Assembly (NCBI GenBank): GCA_016748015.1
Contig: JAAOMT010000478.1
Location: 1-43,864 of the forward strand
Direction: 5' to 3'
DNA from: Geosiphon pyriformis uo1
Taxonomy: Eukaryota > Fungi > Glomeromycota
DNA: 43,864 nucleotides
This document shows positions 26,454-39,369 of this stretch, one piece after another. Each line of letters begins with the position of its first letter. Positions within the stretch are counted from its first letter, which is position 1. A program made the translations under genes and the position numbers. The notes under the pieces were generated by a model. It saw nothing but the letters and a program-made list of their open reading frames with translations. It was not told where the DNA came from and searched no databases.

Positions 26454-27384
26454 TTACAACATAGTTAATTCCTAAATTGTATTTTAGTTTATAGTTAATT
26501 AAAAAGCGCATGTGGTAAGGAAAAGAGAGCATTATCAGACAAGAGGTTACCATAATGGCATTGACAATGTCGTTGTTGTTGTTGTGAAGGGCCCTTATAG
26601 CTTGACTGCGAGAGACGTTCTAAATAAGAATCCAGTTTGATAAAATGAAATTAATTTTTATTTCAAGTTAAAATAAAAGCAAAGCATCAAAACGTACAGC
26701 TTGATTCATGACCAATTCTACATCTTTAGGTTCGATCCCGGCGACATCCACTACATCATCATCATCATCATCATCGGCAACCTCTACCTTTGGTTTTTCT
26801 TGAGCAGCGACAGCAGCTTCAGCAGCTTGGAATTGCTGGGCGGCATTTGCTTGGGCTTGAGAATTTAGATCTTCAATTTTCGCTTCACCAAAAACAATGT
26901 AGCAGTCGGAATTTGCGGATTTGAAGACATCAGGGTTGGAGATGACAAAGAGAAGCTAATTTGATTTTTCGTGTATAATAACCAAGCAAATTTTTGTTAA
27001 AATAAAATTTTATTACGAAATGATTTATATCGTCCGTACGTTTTTCGGTCGGCGGATAGTGACGCGATTAATCCCCGGAACGACCTTTAGGCCTAATTTT
27101 GACATTGCTTTGCGCGCCTTTTTCTCGCCGCGACTTTGCAGCTTGGCAATATCGGCAGGTGCTGTACCAGGTGGAATACCACCTTCTTCTTCCAAGTCGG
27201 GAATATCATCGTCAGAGTCGTCGTCGGATTCCACGGTAGCCGATTTATTGAGGTCGTCGTTAGTTTGCAAAGTTTTCAAGCTAGCGCTAATATCCTCAAC
27301 TTTATTCTCCGATAATTTCTCTTCCTCAATCTTTTTAGCCTCCCCCTCGGTAATTTCCACTATCTTCTGTTCGACGTCGGCCAT
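26454..27384 (-). CDS. EGD2: Nascent polypeptide-associated complex subunit alpha, 4 exons
   Basis: [31 protein letters not shown]|[25 protein letters not shown]; UBA region [10 protein letters not shown]|[19 protein letters not shown]|ELTML*. Confidence 0.95.
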
Positions 27385-27582
27385 GCTAATAACAGGTAAG
27401 AGTTGCAAATGTTCGTTTCGAGGTAAAAGTCAGTGTATGTAGAGAAGCTAAATTATTTAATAAGGTAGCACATAAAAACAGCGTTTCCTAGTTGGCAAGC
27501 GAAGATCAGAAAACTGTCGAGCGAACACTTTGAGGTTTCAGACTTTTTAATAGAACAGGTTTATGAGGGATCAATCGATTCT

Positions 27583-27601
27583 AAAAAAAAAAAAAAAAAA
27601 A
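27583..27601. repeat. A19 homopolymer in the EGD2/AMFR-like divergent intergenic region
   Basis: Read directly; could act as a nucleosome-disfavouring poly(dA:dT) tract (inference). Confidence 0.8.
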
Positions 27602-27982
27602 GTGTCTTTAACCCGCGAAATGGTTAAAATATCTTTATAATTTAGCATCCAAAGGCATCCATCCATTAATAATTGACGCGTATTCTTTGCTGTTTGTAAA
27701 ATCTTTCGAAGTGAATCCGCCTAAGTACTACGACTTACATGGTAAATGCGGCCTCTTTTGAAACGTCAAAGGCAAATGAGGAAGAATTTGGCTTTGCGAG
27801 ATTTTTCTTTACCGTTGATGGCTCGAAGGAAATCAATCAGCTGGCGTGTACAATATTTCCCCAATCAGAGTTCGCCTGTTTGATGACATCATTAATTTTA
27901 TAAATGTATATAAATTGAGCTAGCTTAGTTTCAGGTATTCTCTCACTACCAAATTCTCAAATACTTTAAGTGCTTCTAGACA

Positions 27983-29524
27983 ATGTCAATTGACATTTTC
28001 AGTTATTCCCTTCAAGGGATCGACCTTTTAGATTTTGACTATAGAATTTTTGTAAGTTTCTTTTTGAACTTCTTCTGTTAGCCTATCTAATCACATAAAC
28101 ATAAACATTTTTCTTTTAGATTATTATCAATTTCGCATGTTGTTTCTTGTATCTTCTGGGGAAATTCACCCTTAAATTCTTTTTTGGAAAACTAAGAGTA
28201 ATTGAAAGCCAGGTATTTTAGAAATTGAGAGATCTTTCTTCGAGATAATTTACGTATACAATTCACTGACAATACGCTTTTTTATACTTCATTTCAGCAT
28301 ATGTATGATAGGCTACTCAATTTTCTTTTATTTAAGTTTGTATTTATAGGGGCCATATTAGAACCCAAATTGGAGCAGCTCCTCATATGGTCCACATGGT
28401 TTAGCATTCTTGGATTTTTAAGGATATTCAGCATGCTTTGCCGGGATCGATTTGAATATGTAAATTAAATGATTTGTTCATTTGTATATAATTTTATTCG
28501 AGATAATTGACTTGGCTCTACTTTGTAGTTAACATTTTCCCCAAATACACCTATTCAAGAACATGTACGGATACTATCCCTTTTGATTCTAATTTTAATA
28601 TCGGACGTATTTTGGTTTATAATGTGTTTGTCAGTGTTTCAGTCGATGTTTCTTTTATTGACATTCGAGGTATGAAAAGTATCTTTTCTCTACTTTTGAT
28701 CTGAAACACATTGATTAACAGCATAAAAATTTTTTGACAGTGCTTTACTCTTTTTCTTGACACTGTTCAAACGCTTGTAAAATATTTAATTCATCTGGGG
28801 GATCTCTATAGACAGGGTGTTTGGGAATCTAAAGGACTTTTTCTGTACTATACCGAATTTGTAACGGATTCTCTGATCCTTATTGCGACTTTGGGCCATT
28901 ATTTGCATATCATGGTAAGAATATTTTTATGAAGAACTTTATTCTTTTTCTGGATATTTATAAGCTTTTATAATTTAAGATACTTCATGGCGTCTCATTT
29001 ACTTTGATTGATGCTGTAATATTTTTGAATATGCGGAGTGTCTTTAACAATTTGAGAAAGAAAATTGTAGCATATTACAACTATTCACAAGCCGTTGCTA
29101 ATATGCAAAGCCAGTAAGTGATTAGATGAATTATTTTAGTTCATGAGTCACGATTTAATTATCTATTTTATAATACTATTAGATACCCAGATGCGACAGG
29201 ATCTGAACTTCAAGAGTATAATGATGATTGTGCAATATGTCGAGATTCGATGTCATACGCAAAAAAACTGCCATGCGGGCATATGTTCCATTTGTAAGTT
29301 AACATTTACTAAAATCAAATTATCTTCTCGGGCAATCCATTTAAAGTTTTCGCAATAGGTCGTGTCTTCGTTCGTGGTTAGAACACCATGGATCTTGTCC
29401 AACGTGTCGACGCTCCTTTATCAAAAACGAAACGCTCTTATCTGGCAAGGAGAATCTTTTGAGAAACAATATAGATGCATCATATGAAAGTTCAATGCAA
29501 ATGAACGATTCTTCCATTCGATAA
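27983..29524 (+). CDS. AMFR/gp78-like (Hrd1 family) ER membrane RING-H2 E3 ubiquitin ligase, 8 coding exons
   Basis: INFACCFL..FFFGKLRVIESQ|HMYDRLLNFLLFKFVF..LCRDRFEY|LTFSP..; RING CAICRDSMSYAKKLPCGHMFHLSCLRSWLEHHGSCPTCR. The start codon is less certain. Confidence 0.88.
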
Positions 29525-30399
29525 GCACATGATTGGCAATCTTGGAGGTTTCGAACTTTTGATTTCTCGACTTGATAATGCAAGAAAAACAATTGGATTT
29601 TGGAAGGTAAGCCAAAAATTGCGAATTTCGCAAGCCAAATGGCAACCCTAATCTTCAAAGATGGGAAAGAAGAGATTGTCACGCGAACGTTTGCGCGTAT
29701 AGTCCATTTGTTCGGAGAGTCATTTGAGGACTGACGCATAAGCGGATGATTGTTGAGTTTCAGAAGATTTCATATATACCGGCTGCTTGCAGCAATGGAA
29801 TATAATTTGAGGGCCAATATTATATCAAATATATTGGGAGGAGAGGACGAAAATGGTAGAATCAACGAGAATAGTTGAACCCAGAGGGTTTAAGCACTTC
29901 TTATAATGCAGAGTCAAAGGGAACATTTGAACAGCTAGCAAAATTCGGGATTTGATTTGTTTCAAATTATTTTGCATCTGCAATCCTAGGTTATTGTTTT
30001 TAACGTAAATTAAAATTTTTCATGGAAATTTATCATAATTATATTTTTAAACAATAATTGTCGAGTTCCCTTATATCATCATCCTTGCAACCCTTCCATT
30101 GGCATTTAAATAGGCAAAGTCAAATATTTCGGACGAAAATCTGTTACACAATAACATCCTCAGTAACGTGATCTCCCACAAAAATAATTTTAGTAATCAA
30201 TCCAAAAGTATAACTCAGGCCGTGACTTAGTTGTTCGGGTTTATTCAATTTGGTTTGCGTTGGCTTTATTTTGTTTGATCTTTTCATTTTTTATCTTGAA
30301 TAAAGCATTATTATATTCATAGTTAGATCTTTTAACCCGTGATATTTTATGATTTTCATTCAATTCTTAATTCTTTTAATTTTTTTATTGGTTGATTAT

Positions 30400-31926
30400 T
30401 TTGTTTATCACTTAATCTTTTTGCTTTAACAAAATATGATTTAATTATTAACTATTTTTAAGCATGTAATATATATTGTAATTAGAAATAAATTATATAC
30501 TTTTTACACATAACCAGTCATTTGAATTTACATTAAAATTACATTAAGTTAAACATTAAAACTTTTTCAAATTATTGTTTATTTTAATTTTAGTAGCTTT
30601 ATAACTTTTTAAATATAATTTTTTTAATAAGCTATAATTGCATTAAAGTTATTTTAATCTTAGAAAATACTAATTTTTTCTATTATAACAAAAACATAGA
30701 ATTATATATTAATAAATATTTTAATACAATTAAGTAAATTGTTATTTAAGTTTTAAAAAAAGCTTTATATTTCTTAAGTAAAAATAAAAAATTTCAGTTT
30801 TATACTAAAATTATTAAAATCAAATTTTAAATTAAGCTTTTAAAAAATAATTTTTTTATTAAGTTTTGTAATAATAACCAGTAAATATTTATAAATTGAA
30901 AAATTAAATCAATTTTTTTAATAAATTTAAAAAAACCAGTATTATAAATTAAAACCAAATTTTTTGATTTTAATACTTGTAATAATATTAATAATTAATT
31001 AATTAATTATTATTTTTATTTTTACAAAATAAACAAAAAATAATATAACTTTAACCAAAATAAAAAGTAAATAAAAGTATTATATTTTATAAATATTAAA
31101 CTAAATAATACTTAAAAACTTTTTAAAGAAAATTAATAAACAAAAATATTAAAAACACATTGTTTTTAAATAATCTTAAAAAAAATTGTTTATAATTATA
31201 TTAAAAATACTATATTTGTTATTAATAAAAATTATTTTTTTATTTAAATTTTTATATATAATTAACTATTTAAATTTATGTTAAAACATTATTAAATTGA
31301 ATTAAAAAAAGCCAAAAAAAAGTTCAATTTACAAATTTTATTAACAGAAATATTCAAATAATAACTATTAAAGATAAATTGACTTATTTATTATAATAAT
31401 ATATTTACTTAAAAAATATGTTTTTATAATATTTATTTTATTATTATTTATTTAATTAAAGTTTATTTTAGTCTTAAAATTAGCAAAATTTTTAAACAAA
31501 CTAATTAAAATTAAAGCAAAACTTTTAATAATATCATTTTTTTAACCAATTTAGTTTTTGTTTTAAAATTAAATTGATTATTTATAGTTAAAAAAAAATA
31601 ATCAAAGTAACCAAAAAACTAATTAGTTAAATAACAGATTTTATTAATATAATTAACTTAAAAATTTAAAACTTCAAAAAATTTAACTTAAAATTAATTA
31701 TAAAATTAATAATTGTAATAACAAAAATAATTAAAAATTAATAACAAAAAAAGTCAATAATATAAAAGTTTTGATATATAAATTAAAACTAATAAAAAAA
31801 ATATTAGAATTATTTACAACTTAATTAAAAACTTAATTAAAAAAAATAAAAATATCTTATAATCAAATAATTTAAACTTTAATATTTATAATAACAATAA
31901 TATTCAAATTTTTTTTATTAATATAT
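30400..31926. other. AT desert, probably hypermutated repeat relic
   Basis: A hand count over 30481-31140 gives roughly 11% GC with no CpG. Confidence 0.75.
31911..31926. repeat. Target-site duplication, left copy (TTTTTTATTAATATAT)
   Basis: Identical 16-mer at 38654-38669; abuts the poly(A) tail of the LINE. Confidence 0.7.
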
Positions 31927-32055
31927 TTTTTTTTATCATTTAACAAGTAAAGTCCAAACACTACTTAGTACTATACATCAAAGAAATGATTTAAACTAAG
32001 CACAAATTATGTACTTTCTACATGTGACCAGCCATTCGAGCCAGTCAGGACAACA

Positions 32056-35000
32056 CTACACAATTATATTAACAGAAACTGGGTCATTAATACTTAAGAA
32101 AAAAGAACAAGATTTGTGAAAGCCAAAACGGATGCCAAAAACTTCAACAATACCAAGCAATTTAACTACACCACCTAAGAACCTCGACACCAAACCAGAA
32201 ACTGAGACAGAAATTGAGTCATCCATTGAGATTAGACCATTTCTTTTCATGTATGTGTGATGCTTGGCATGGACCAGCCAAATGTTATTTCTGAAAGCAA
32301 CACAAAAAGAGCACACAAAATCAGCAATCTTGATGCCAGCAACTTTGGGATTATGGAAGATGGAAACAGCCTTCTGAATCCATCCTTTGAATACAAAACC
32401 CTTGTAAAGAGCTGAGAATACCAGAAAATCTGAAGCACAGGTCAACAGCAGCTGCAATACACTTGAAGAAGAGAGGGCAAGACCAGAAAGTGTTTTCCAA
32501 GAAGACATACAGGATTCCAAAACCTGATGACAAGCTGAATCATCAAAAACACATGATCAGATACCTCCACCTCACCACAATACAGACACAGAACACTAGG
32601 ATAACATCTATTATAAATGCACTTTCGAACAGCCATGGGAAGCCAATGGTGTAAAGCCTTCATAAGATAAGTATGAATGTCAACAGTGCGTCTGCTGGTA
32701 AAATCTGTTGCCATATGTGAATCAGAATGCCAAACTCTGAAAGAACTAGGCCAATCAACATCCAAGTGCAAATCTCCAGATAGAAATCCAGAACTGGAAC
32801 TGACCTTCCAACACACCCGACAAACAGCATGAAAAACATTTCGAACAAAGTGTCTAGAATTACCAGAGACAATACTATCATCCACCAACAAAAAATGTTC
32901 ATCAACACAAGGAGGAAGAAACCAATCAGAGAGAGTTGTAGTGTTAGTGATGCTATCAGCCCAATTATTTCCCAACATACCAGAGTGACTCTTAACTTTG
33001 TGCCAGCTAACTCGTAAATTTTTACTGTGAATAACATTCCTAATATGCTGGTGCTCAACCCAACACTGATTGTGAAAGTCAGAATACACCAAGTTAATTT
33101 CTGACATGTAAGCATCCAAGGCTGCCTGACTGTCTGAAAACAGACAAACAGAACGAGCCACAAGTATGCACTCTAGAGCCAATGCTATAGCCTGCAATTC
33201 CGCCAAAGTAGACGACACCAAACCCCGAACACTGATACCTAAACCCAAGTTAATGTCCTCAAAAAATGCAGCAGTCCCAGCCCTACAACCAGTCGTGCCC
33301 AAATTTTTCAATGACCCATCTGTATACACAGACAAACTATCAGTGCCAACCCGAGAAAGACAATCACATACAGATGCAAAATCACCAGAACCACAAATGT
33401 CTACAGGACCAACACCAACCGAGACCAAAAGAAAAGAACGGAAAGCCACAAGAAACTCAACTGAACATTTGAACCACTCAGAGACTGGACCATGAGGATC
33501 TAGCCTCTTCCACCACTTAAAGATGAGCCAGCTAAAGACATCACCATGACGATCCCAAAGCTGGTCCACGAAGGCAATGCCATAATACTAAAAGAACGGT
33601 AAAAACTTGAAAAACAAAGATTTATCAAGAATAACAGACATAAGAACCCTACCACGAAACCAGAAGGCACTGGCCAAAAAACCACCCAAAGACAGTTTGC
33701 AGTCAAGAAGAATGGAAACCACACCAGCCAAGAAATTATTAAAAACACTGACACGAATACAAGTAAGAGAGATTAAAGAATGGATCAGCCACCAACACAG
33801 AACTTACAAGTCATGAGACCTGTAACTAAACAAACATCCCAAAATCTCACTAGAGTTCACAAAACTAATAAGTGAAGCAACCTTACTTTCTGACTGACAC
33901 TATGAAAAGGACTTTAAACCATAAAAAAAAGAATGGTAAATCATATTACTAGGAAAATCCAGCGGAAGACCAGATTTAAGTTTCAAGCCTTTGTGAACCA
34001 GAGCATCCCATTTGTTGCAAGTACCAACAGAAACAAAGCTGAACTGCGTTCTATAGCTGATTATAGGATGGAAGACTGCCAACACCAAATACAAAAATTG
34101 CTTATCCAAAACCATTTTCTTCAGGACCAGATTGGTGAAAAAACAAACATCTAAATTTGCCTTAGCCAAACTAGGCTTCAAAAGACCCTCAGTCGAGATA
34201 AAAATACCCAAGTACTAATGAGATTTACTCTTTTTGGCAATGGAAATCGGCGAGCCACTGATGGAAAGAAAAGAATTGCTGACCCTGCAATTGATGGGAA
34301 TGACCACTGTCTTGTCATTATTGATTGAAATGTTATTAATTTGAAAAAATTTGCCAGCTACATTGAGAATATGCTGAGTAGCATTTTGACTGCTACCAAC
34401 CCAGATTGTATCATCGACAAAAGCACTAGCAGCAAAAAAAGAAAAGAGCCCAGCCTGAGATTTAGCATGACCACTTTTAGACACAAAATGAGAATTTAAT
34501 CTATACTTGCACACACTTTCTTGATGCTTGACTTCACACAACAGAGGATCATAAAATATACATCACAAAAGGGAGGAAAAAACCTCTCCTTGATCCAGAC
34601 CATCATGCACGTGATAGCCATTTGTCAACCCAAAATCTGTCATCACACAGTTGGTGCAATTCTTATGAATACTGCCAAAAAACCGAATAAATTTACTGCA
34701 CATCTTAATCTTGACCAAACTATTCTTAAGGTGCTCCCAGCCAACTGAATTGTAAGCCTTTTGCATGTCTTGCAAAACCAATTATAGCTCTCAGTTTTTC
34801 TCCAGAGTGTCTTCAACAACTGAACCAATAGCAAAAATAGGTGACTGAGTCATTGTACTCTTTAAAACTGAAAAATTGTTATTATGTAGGACATCATGAG
34901 AGCTGCAAACCAGTGAGATTCTGTTTGAAAGAATCTTGGAAAGAATTTTGCAAGCTGTTTCGATCAAAGCAATAGAACAAGTATTTGTGAGAACATCTTC

Positions 35001-36725
35001 CCACTCATAGGGCTTGGGAATCATTGAAATCCAAGCCTTTTTTCAAGAACCAGATACTGATTCACAAGATAAACAAGAATTCAACAGGACCAGAAGCAAA
35101 CCCAAAACTGACTTATCACAATGTTTCTATAGTTCATTAGAAATACCTGAGAGACCAATGGCTTTGCCATCAGACAGATTGGAGACCACATGATGCAACT
35201 CATCAAAATCAATTGCACACATCACCTCAGAGAAGGCCTCATCAAAAACGTAGTCCAAAGATCAGTACTGATGAGACCAAGTATCAGAAACATCATTGAC
35301 CACCACATGCTTCCTGGTCCATCCTTCTATAATATCATCTACTTTGGATTTTACCAAATCAGACTCAAGAACTAACTCATTACTCACAACCAAATGATCT
35401 AAAACCACCTTGTGAAAGAGTCATTCCAGCATGCTTCTAATCATGTAATCTTTATCCACCTCAAAACTCTTTATTCTCTTATCTATAATAGACCTGATGT
35501 TTGCTTCTTTAGCTCTTAAAGACTCAGTGAGTTTGGACGGATGATAAGATCTCCTAGCACTAAAGAGAGCAGAACAAACATCATTAGTGCCAGCACCAGA
35601 ATCCACCACACTCTGCACAACTGAAGTCTTATCATCGTTCAAAGAAACCCAACATCCCATAAGAGACTCAAAATTTGCAACACATTTCTTACATGAAACC
35701 TTGACAATTTTGGAAACCAAAAGCTTCAATTTGTGAAATCTTGAAGATTCCTTGGTGAAAACATTATCGAAGTCTTTGAACCACTTTTTCTTGAACACTT
35801 CACCAGCTGAGAAAACCATTATCTTGTGAACAATGTCCCACATTGCATCCAAGTCTGAAAACTGTGTAGAGGCAACAAACTCATTTGAGAACATTGTAGT
35901 ATTGGCCAACGTGGCACCTTTAAAATTGTTCCATCTAATCTTATCAGCACTCTTAAAATCGAACTTCTAATGATCTTTATTTGTCTGTTTGTGAAGAGAA
36001 TTCAACTATGCATTTAAAAGCCCACCCAAGCCTATGGACACAGAAACAGTCTGGTAATCCATGTCATAATGTTTGCTAACCTTCAAAACATCATGATGTA
36101 CAATCGCATTGACCAGACTTGGGGAAACAAATACATAATCAATAGTCTTCTTCACACCTCTTGAATTCTCTCACATAGGACTTTTTACAACTGGACTACT
36201 TAACAGAGAGTTGACTAGCCCCAAATTAAGGCATTTCCTAAAACTCATGCTTTTATGCAAACCATTTTCATTGAAATCACCCCCAAGAATGATGAAAGAA
36301 GATTCATTAACAGCCTTTGTGATGAGAGAATTAATCTTACCAGTCTGAGAGAACTGAACCACCAAAGAAGCACCTGCGTAAAGCCCTAAAATTGATACCG
36401 AAAGTTTATTCTTAAACAGCAACTTGATAGATAGGAGCCAACCAGGCACCTCAGAAACCTTGCACACATGTCTCACCAAAGAAAAATCCACGAAGATCAC
36501 AACACTAGCATCCAGATAACCAGAATCCAAGCCAGAGGTAAACACCCTTACATCATCAAATTTGTTGATGATCCAGGAGCGAACTCTTCTCATTAACTTT
36601 GTCTCTGTAAAAATTGAAATCAAATTGTTTATGTTATTGTGCCAATAAATAATGTCATCCTGTTTTGCAGGATTATTTATTCCTCTAATATTGCATGTGG
36701 CAACCTTCCAAACAAGCTCACTCAT
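32056..36725 (-). pseudogene. LINE ORF2 (endonuclease, reverse transcriptase, RNase H, zinc-binding), disrupted by stops and frameshifts
   Basis: Collinear ORF fragments 36171-36725, 35421-35909, 34791-35024, 34563-34781, 34215-34541, 33900-34211, 32442-33569 and 32056-32520. Confidence 0.9.
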
Positions 36726-38505
36726 TGAGAAGGGAATTGAAAGTTCACACTGCCAGCCAAAACCGAACTTTCAAAATGAGCAGACAAGCTCAAAACAGAT
36801 TTGAAGAGTCTCTCTAACATATTTTCCAACCTGGTAACTTGGGGAAACACTGATAAGTCCACAATTACAGCAGTCTCACCCAAAACTGTTCCTATTACTA
36901 TATCACCCTCCGGATTCTGTGATGGGAGGGTTACTGGCAGCTAACATCCAAGGCTAGGCTGGGAAACTGCCAGCATGAGTGAATCCAACCTCTTAGCCAA
37001 CTCACCAATTTGTCTCACAAGACTGATGAGACTGCTTTCAATACTGACTAGACGTTTTTCCAATTCATTTACAACAGAAGGAAGAGGTTCATCATTAACA
37101 ATGGAATCAAATCATGACTTGCTACCAGAGGGGAGGGGAGTGGAAGAAGCACCAGCAACCAATGCCCAAGTTTTATTACCAAATACTAGAGGATGGGAGA
37201 TGGAAGTAGATTTCTTTGTGTAAATCCTCACCAATCTAAGCTGGTCCTGAGCTAAAAGGGAAGCCCTTTTGCCACTCAGAAATGCAGCATTCTTGACAAA
37301 CCTACAACTAAGAGACATATGACCAAAATTCTTGCAAACCACACATAACACCAAAGAAAGATGAAACCAGTGGAGACCAACACCCTTTATAACCGAAGTC
37401 ACTGCCATTGCATTAACCATATCTAATTCAGAACCAAAACACACAAAGGCACAGCAAACATGAGAATAATTCGAGGAATTGTGATCAATGAAGCAAGTTT
37501 TTTCACCAATAGAACCAATAAAGTCTCACAAATCATGAGCTGTGGTTCTCATGAGGAGAGTATGTAGCAGAGCCCTAAAATTATTTCTGGCATCCCATAA
37601 TTGTTTGTCGATATCAGCCCTGGCCACACAAACCACATCTTTCCTGATGAAGATGGACCACTTAGAAGCCAATAACTCAATTTGTGTCTGATCTTCTAAT
37701 TCGATAATCATCTTTTGCCACAAACCCACTAACTGCATTTTGATCACCTTAATCTTCCCAAATTTAGACACTGCAGCATGCACAGCCTCCACAGAAGTTC
37801 CCAGAGAAATTTTCTTCAACACAATAGCCCAATTCGTACGATTGTTTACCAAATGCTTAAGATTGGTGTTTATCACAATACCATGATCATTTGCCAACTT
37901 CCCAGCAGCCATCATTGCCTTTTCCGAAATGAAAGTCACACAAATAACTCCACCAAATTTTGAGAAAGTAGAAGCCCCCCCAAAACCATTTACACTTGAA
38001 AAAATTTTCCTGATAAAACTCAATTTTTTCTGAGAAGACCTCCTAGCAATGGCCACAAGATCAATATCTAAAGCAAAGGATTTGCGAACAGGCACTTGAA
38101 TAGATGGTTTGATAGGTAGAAGGGGCAGGAAATGAAAGGAATCATCTAACATGTCATTATCTGTATTAACAGTACTATAATCAATCATACCCAAAGGCTT
38201 CCCTAACACCTCTTTGGTCTTCACACACAAACTTTTTGGCATTGATTAGGATCTCCTTCCGCGAAAGCACCACTCTTATCATAGTCAACACTGGTTTCCT
38301 CAACCAAGCACTCCTCCTCCATGTCAATACTCTCAGACTCAGTAGTGTCACCTGTCTTAGAACTCTATAAACAAGCACCAGGAGCTTTAGCAGCAATCCC
38401 TCTATTATCAATACTTTCTGCCAATACACCTCTTTTCTTTTTCTTCCTTGACACAACCACCTTGAAACCACTCTCAGAACCAGAAACTTTAATAGTCTTC
38501 TTCAT
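36722..38505 (-). pseudogene. LINE ORF1 (nucleic-acid-binding, zinc knuckle), disrupted
   Basis: Fragments 37526-38242 and 37112-37444 (CVVCKNFGHMSLSC knuckle); homologous to 39822-40271. Confidence 0.8.
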
Positions 38506-38653
38506 AACAGCAATAACAGGGCCAACAGTGGCCTTGTAATTAAAGAACGGTTTTGATTTATTGTACTGAATGGTAAAAAACTTTTTTCAAAAAAACTTTT
38601 GACTCTTTTTTAGGAATTTTGGACAAAAGAGAAAAAGAAATTTTTTTTATATA

Positions 38654-38669
38654 TTTTTTATTAATATAT
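38654..38669. repeat. Target-site duplication, right copy
   Basis: Identical to 31911-31926. Confidence 0.7.
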
Positions 38670-39365
38670 AATATTTATACAAAATACTAATTTTTAAAAC
38701 AGCAAAATTTAAAATTTTTAAAAACTTAAAAATTATAACAATAAAGTATTAACAATAATAAAAATTAAGAAAATAAAAAATAAAACAGATTTGACTACCA
38801 ACTTAAAAAATTAAATTATTAATTTAAAAAATTAATTAATTTGGTTTAAAATAGTTTTTAAAATAATACTTTTTTTTTGGTTAATTAAAATAAAAATTTT
38901 AATACAGTTTTTTTAATCAATATAAACCAGTTGTTAAAAACAATAATAACAAAAAAAACTTCTTAAAATAAACAATAATATATTACTATAAACTAACAAA
39001 TTTTAACTTAACAAAAAAACTTTACCAAAATACTTTAAATATTATTAATATTATTAAAAATATATTAAAAAAAACATTATAAAAAACAATAAAAACAAAA
39101 AAAAACAAAATTATTATAAAAAATTTTACAATTTTAAAAATAATTAAAAAAACAAAATTATTAATAACAGATTTAATAACAATATTTAAAAAACTTAAAC
39201 AAAATTTATATAAAACTACTTAATATTGTTTTTTAAAATTAATTTAAATTTAATAAAAGTCAATTTAATTTTAAAAATAATATTAAGTATTAAAATTAAA
39301 ACTATTTATTTAAAAAATTTTTAATAACTAATAATTGTTTTTTAAATACTATTAAAGATAATACA
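38670..39365. other. AT desert between two head-to-head LINEs
   Basis: Very low GC; contiguous with 30400-31926 once the LINE is removed. Confidence 0.7.
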
Positions 39366-39369
39366 AAAC

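Larger units (their letters stand above)
31927..38653 (-). mobile_element. Full-length but inactivated LINE (5' UTR, ORF1, APE-RT-RNase H ORF2, 3' UTR, poly-A)
   Basis: APE motifs WKVATCNIRGIN, TETKL and GGDFN; RT motifs QDMQKAYNSV, GLDQGEVFS and AFVDDT; RNase H motifs YTDGS, AELQAI and FSDSQ; CLYCGEVEVSDHVF; T-run at 31927-31934; flanking TSD. Confidence 0.92.
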
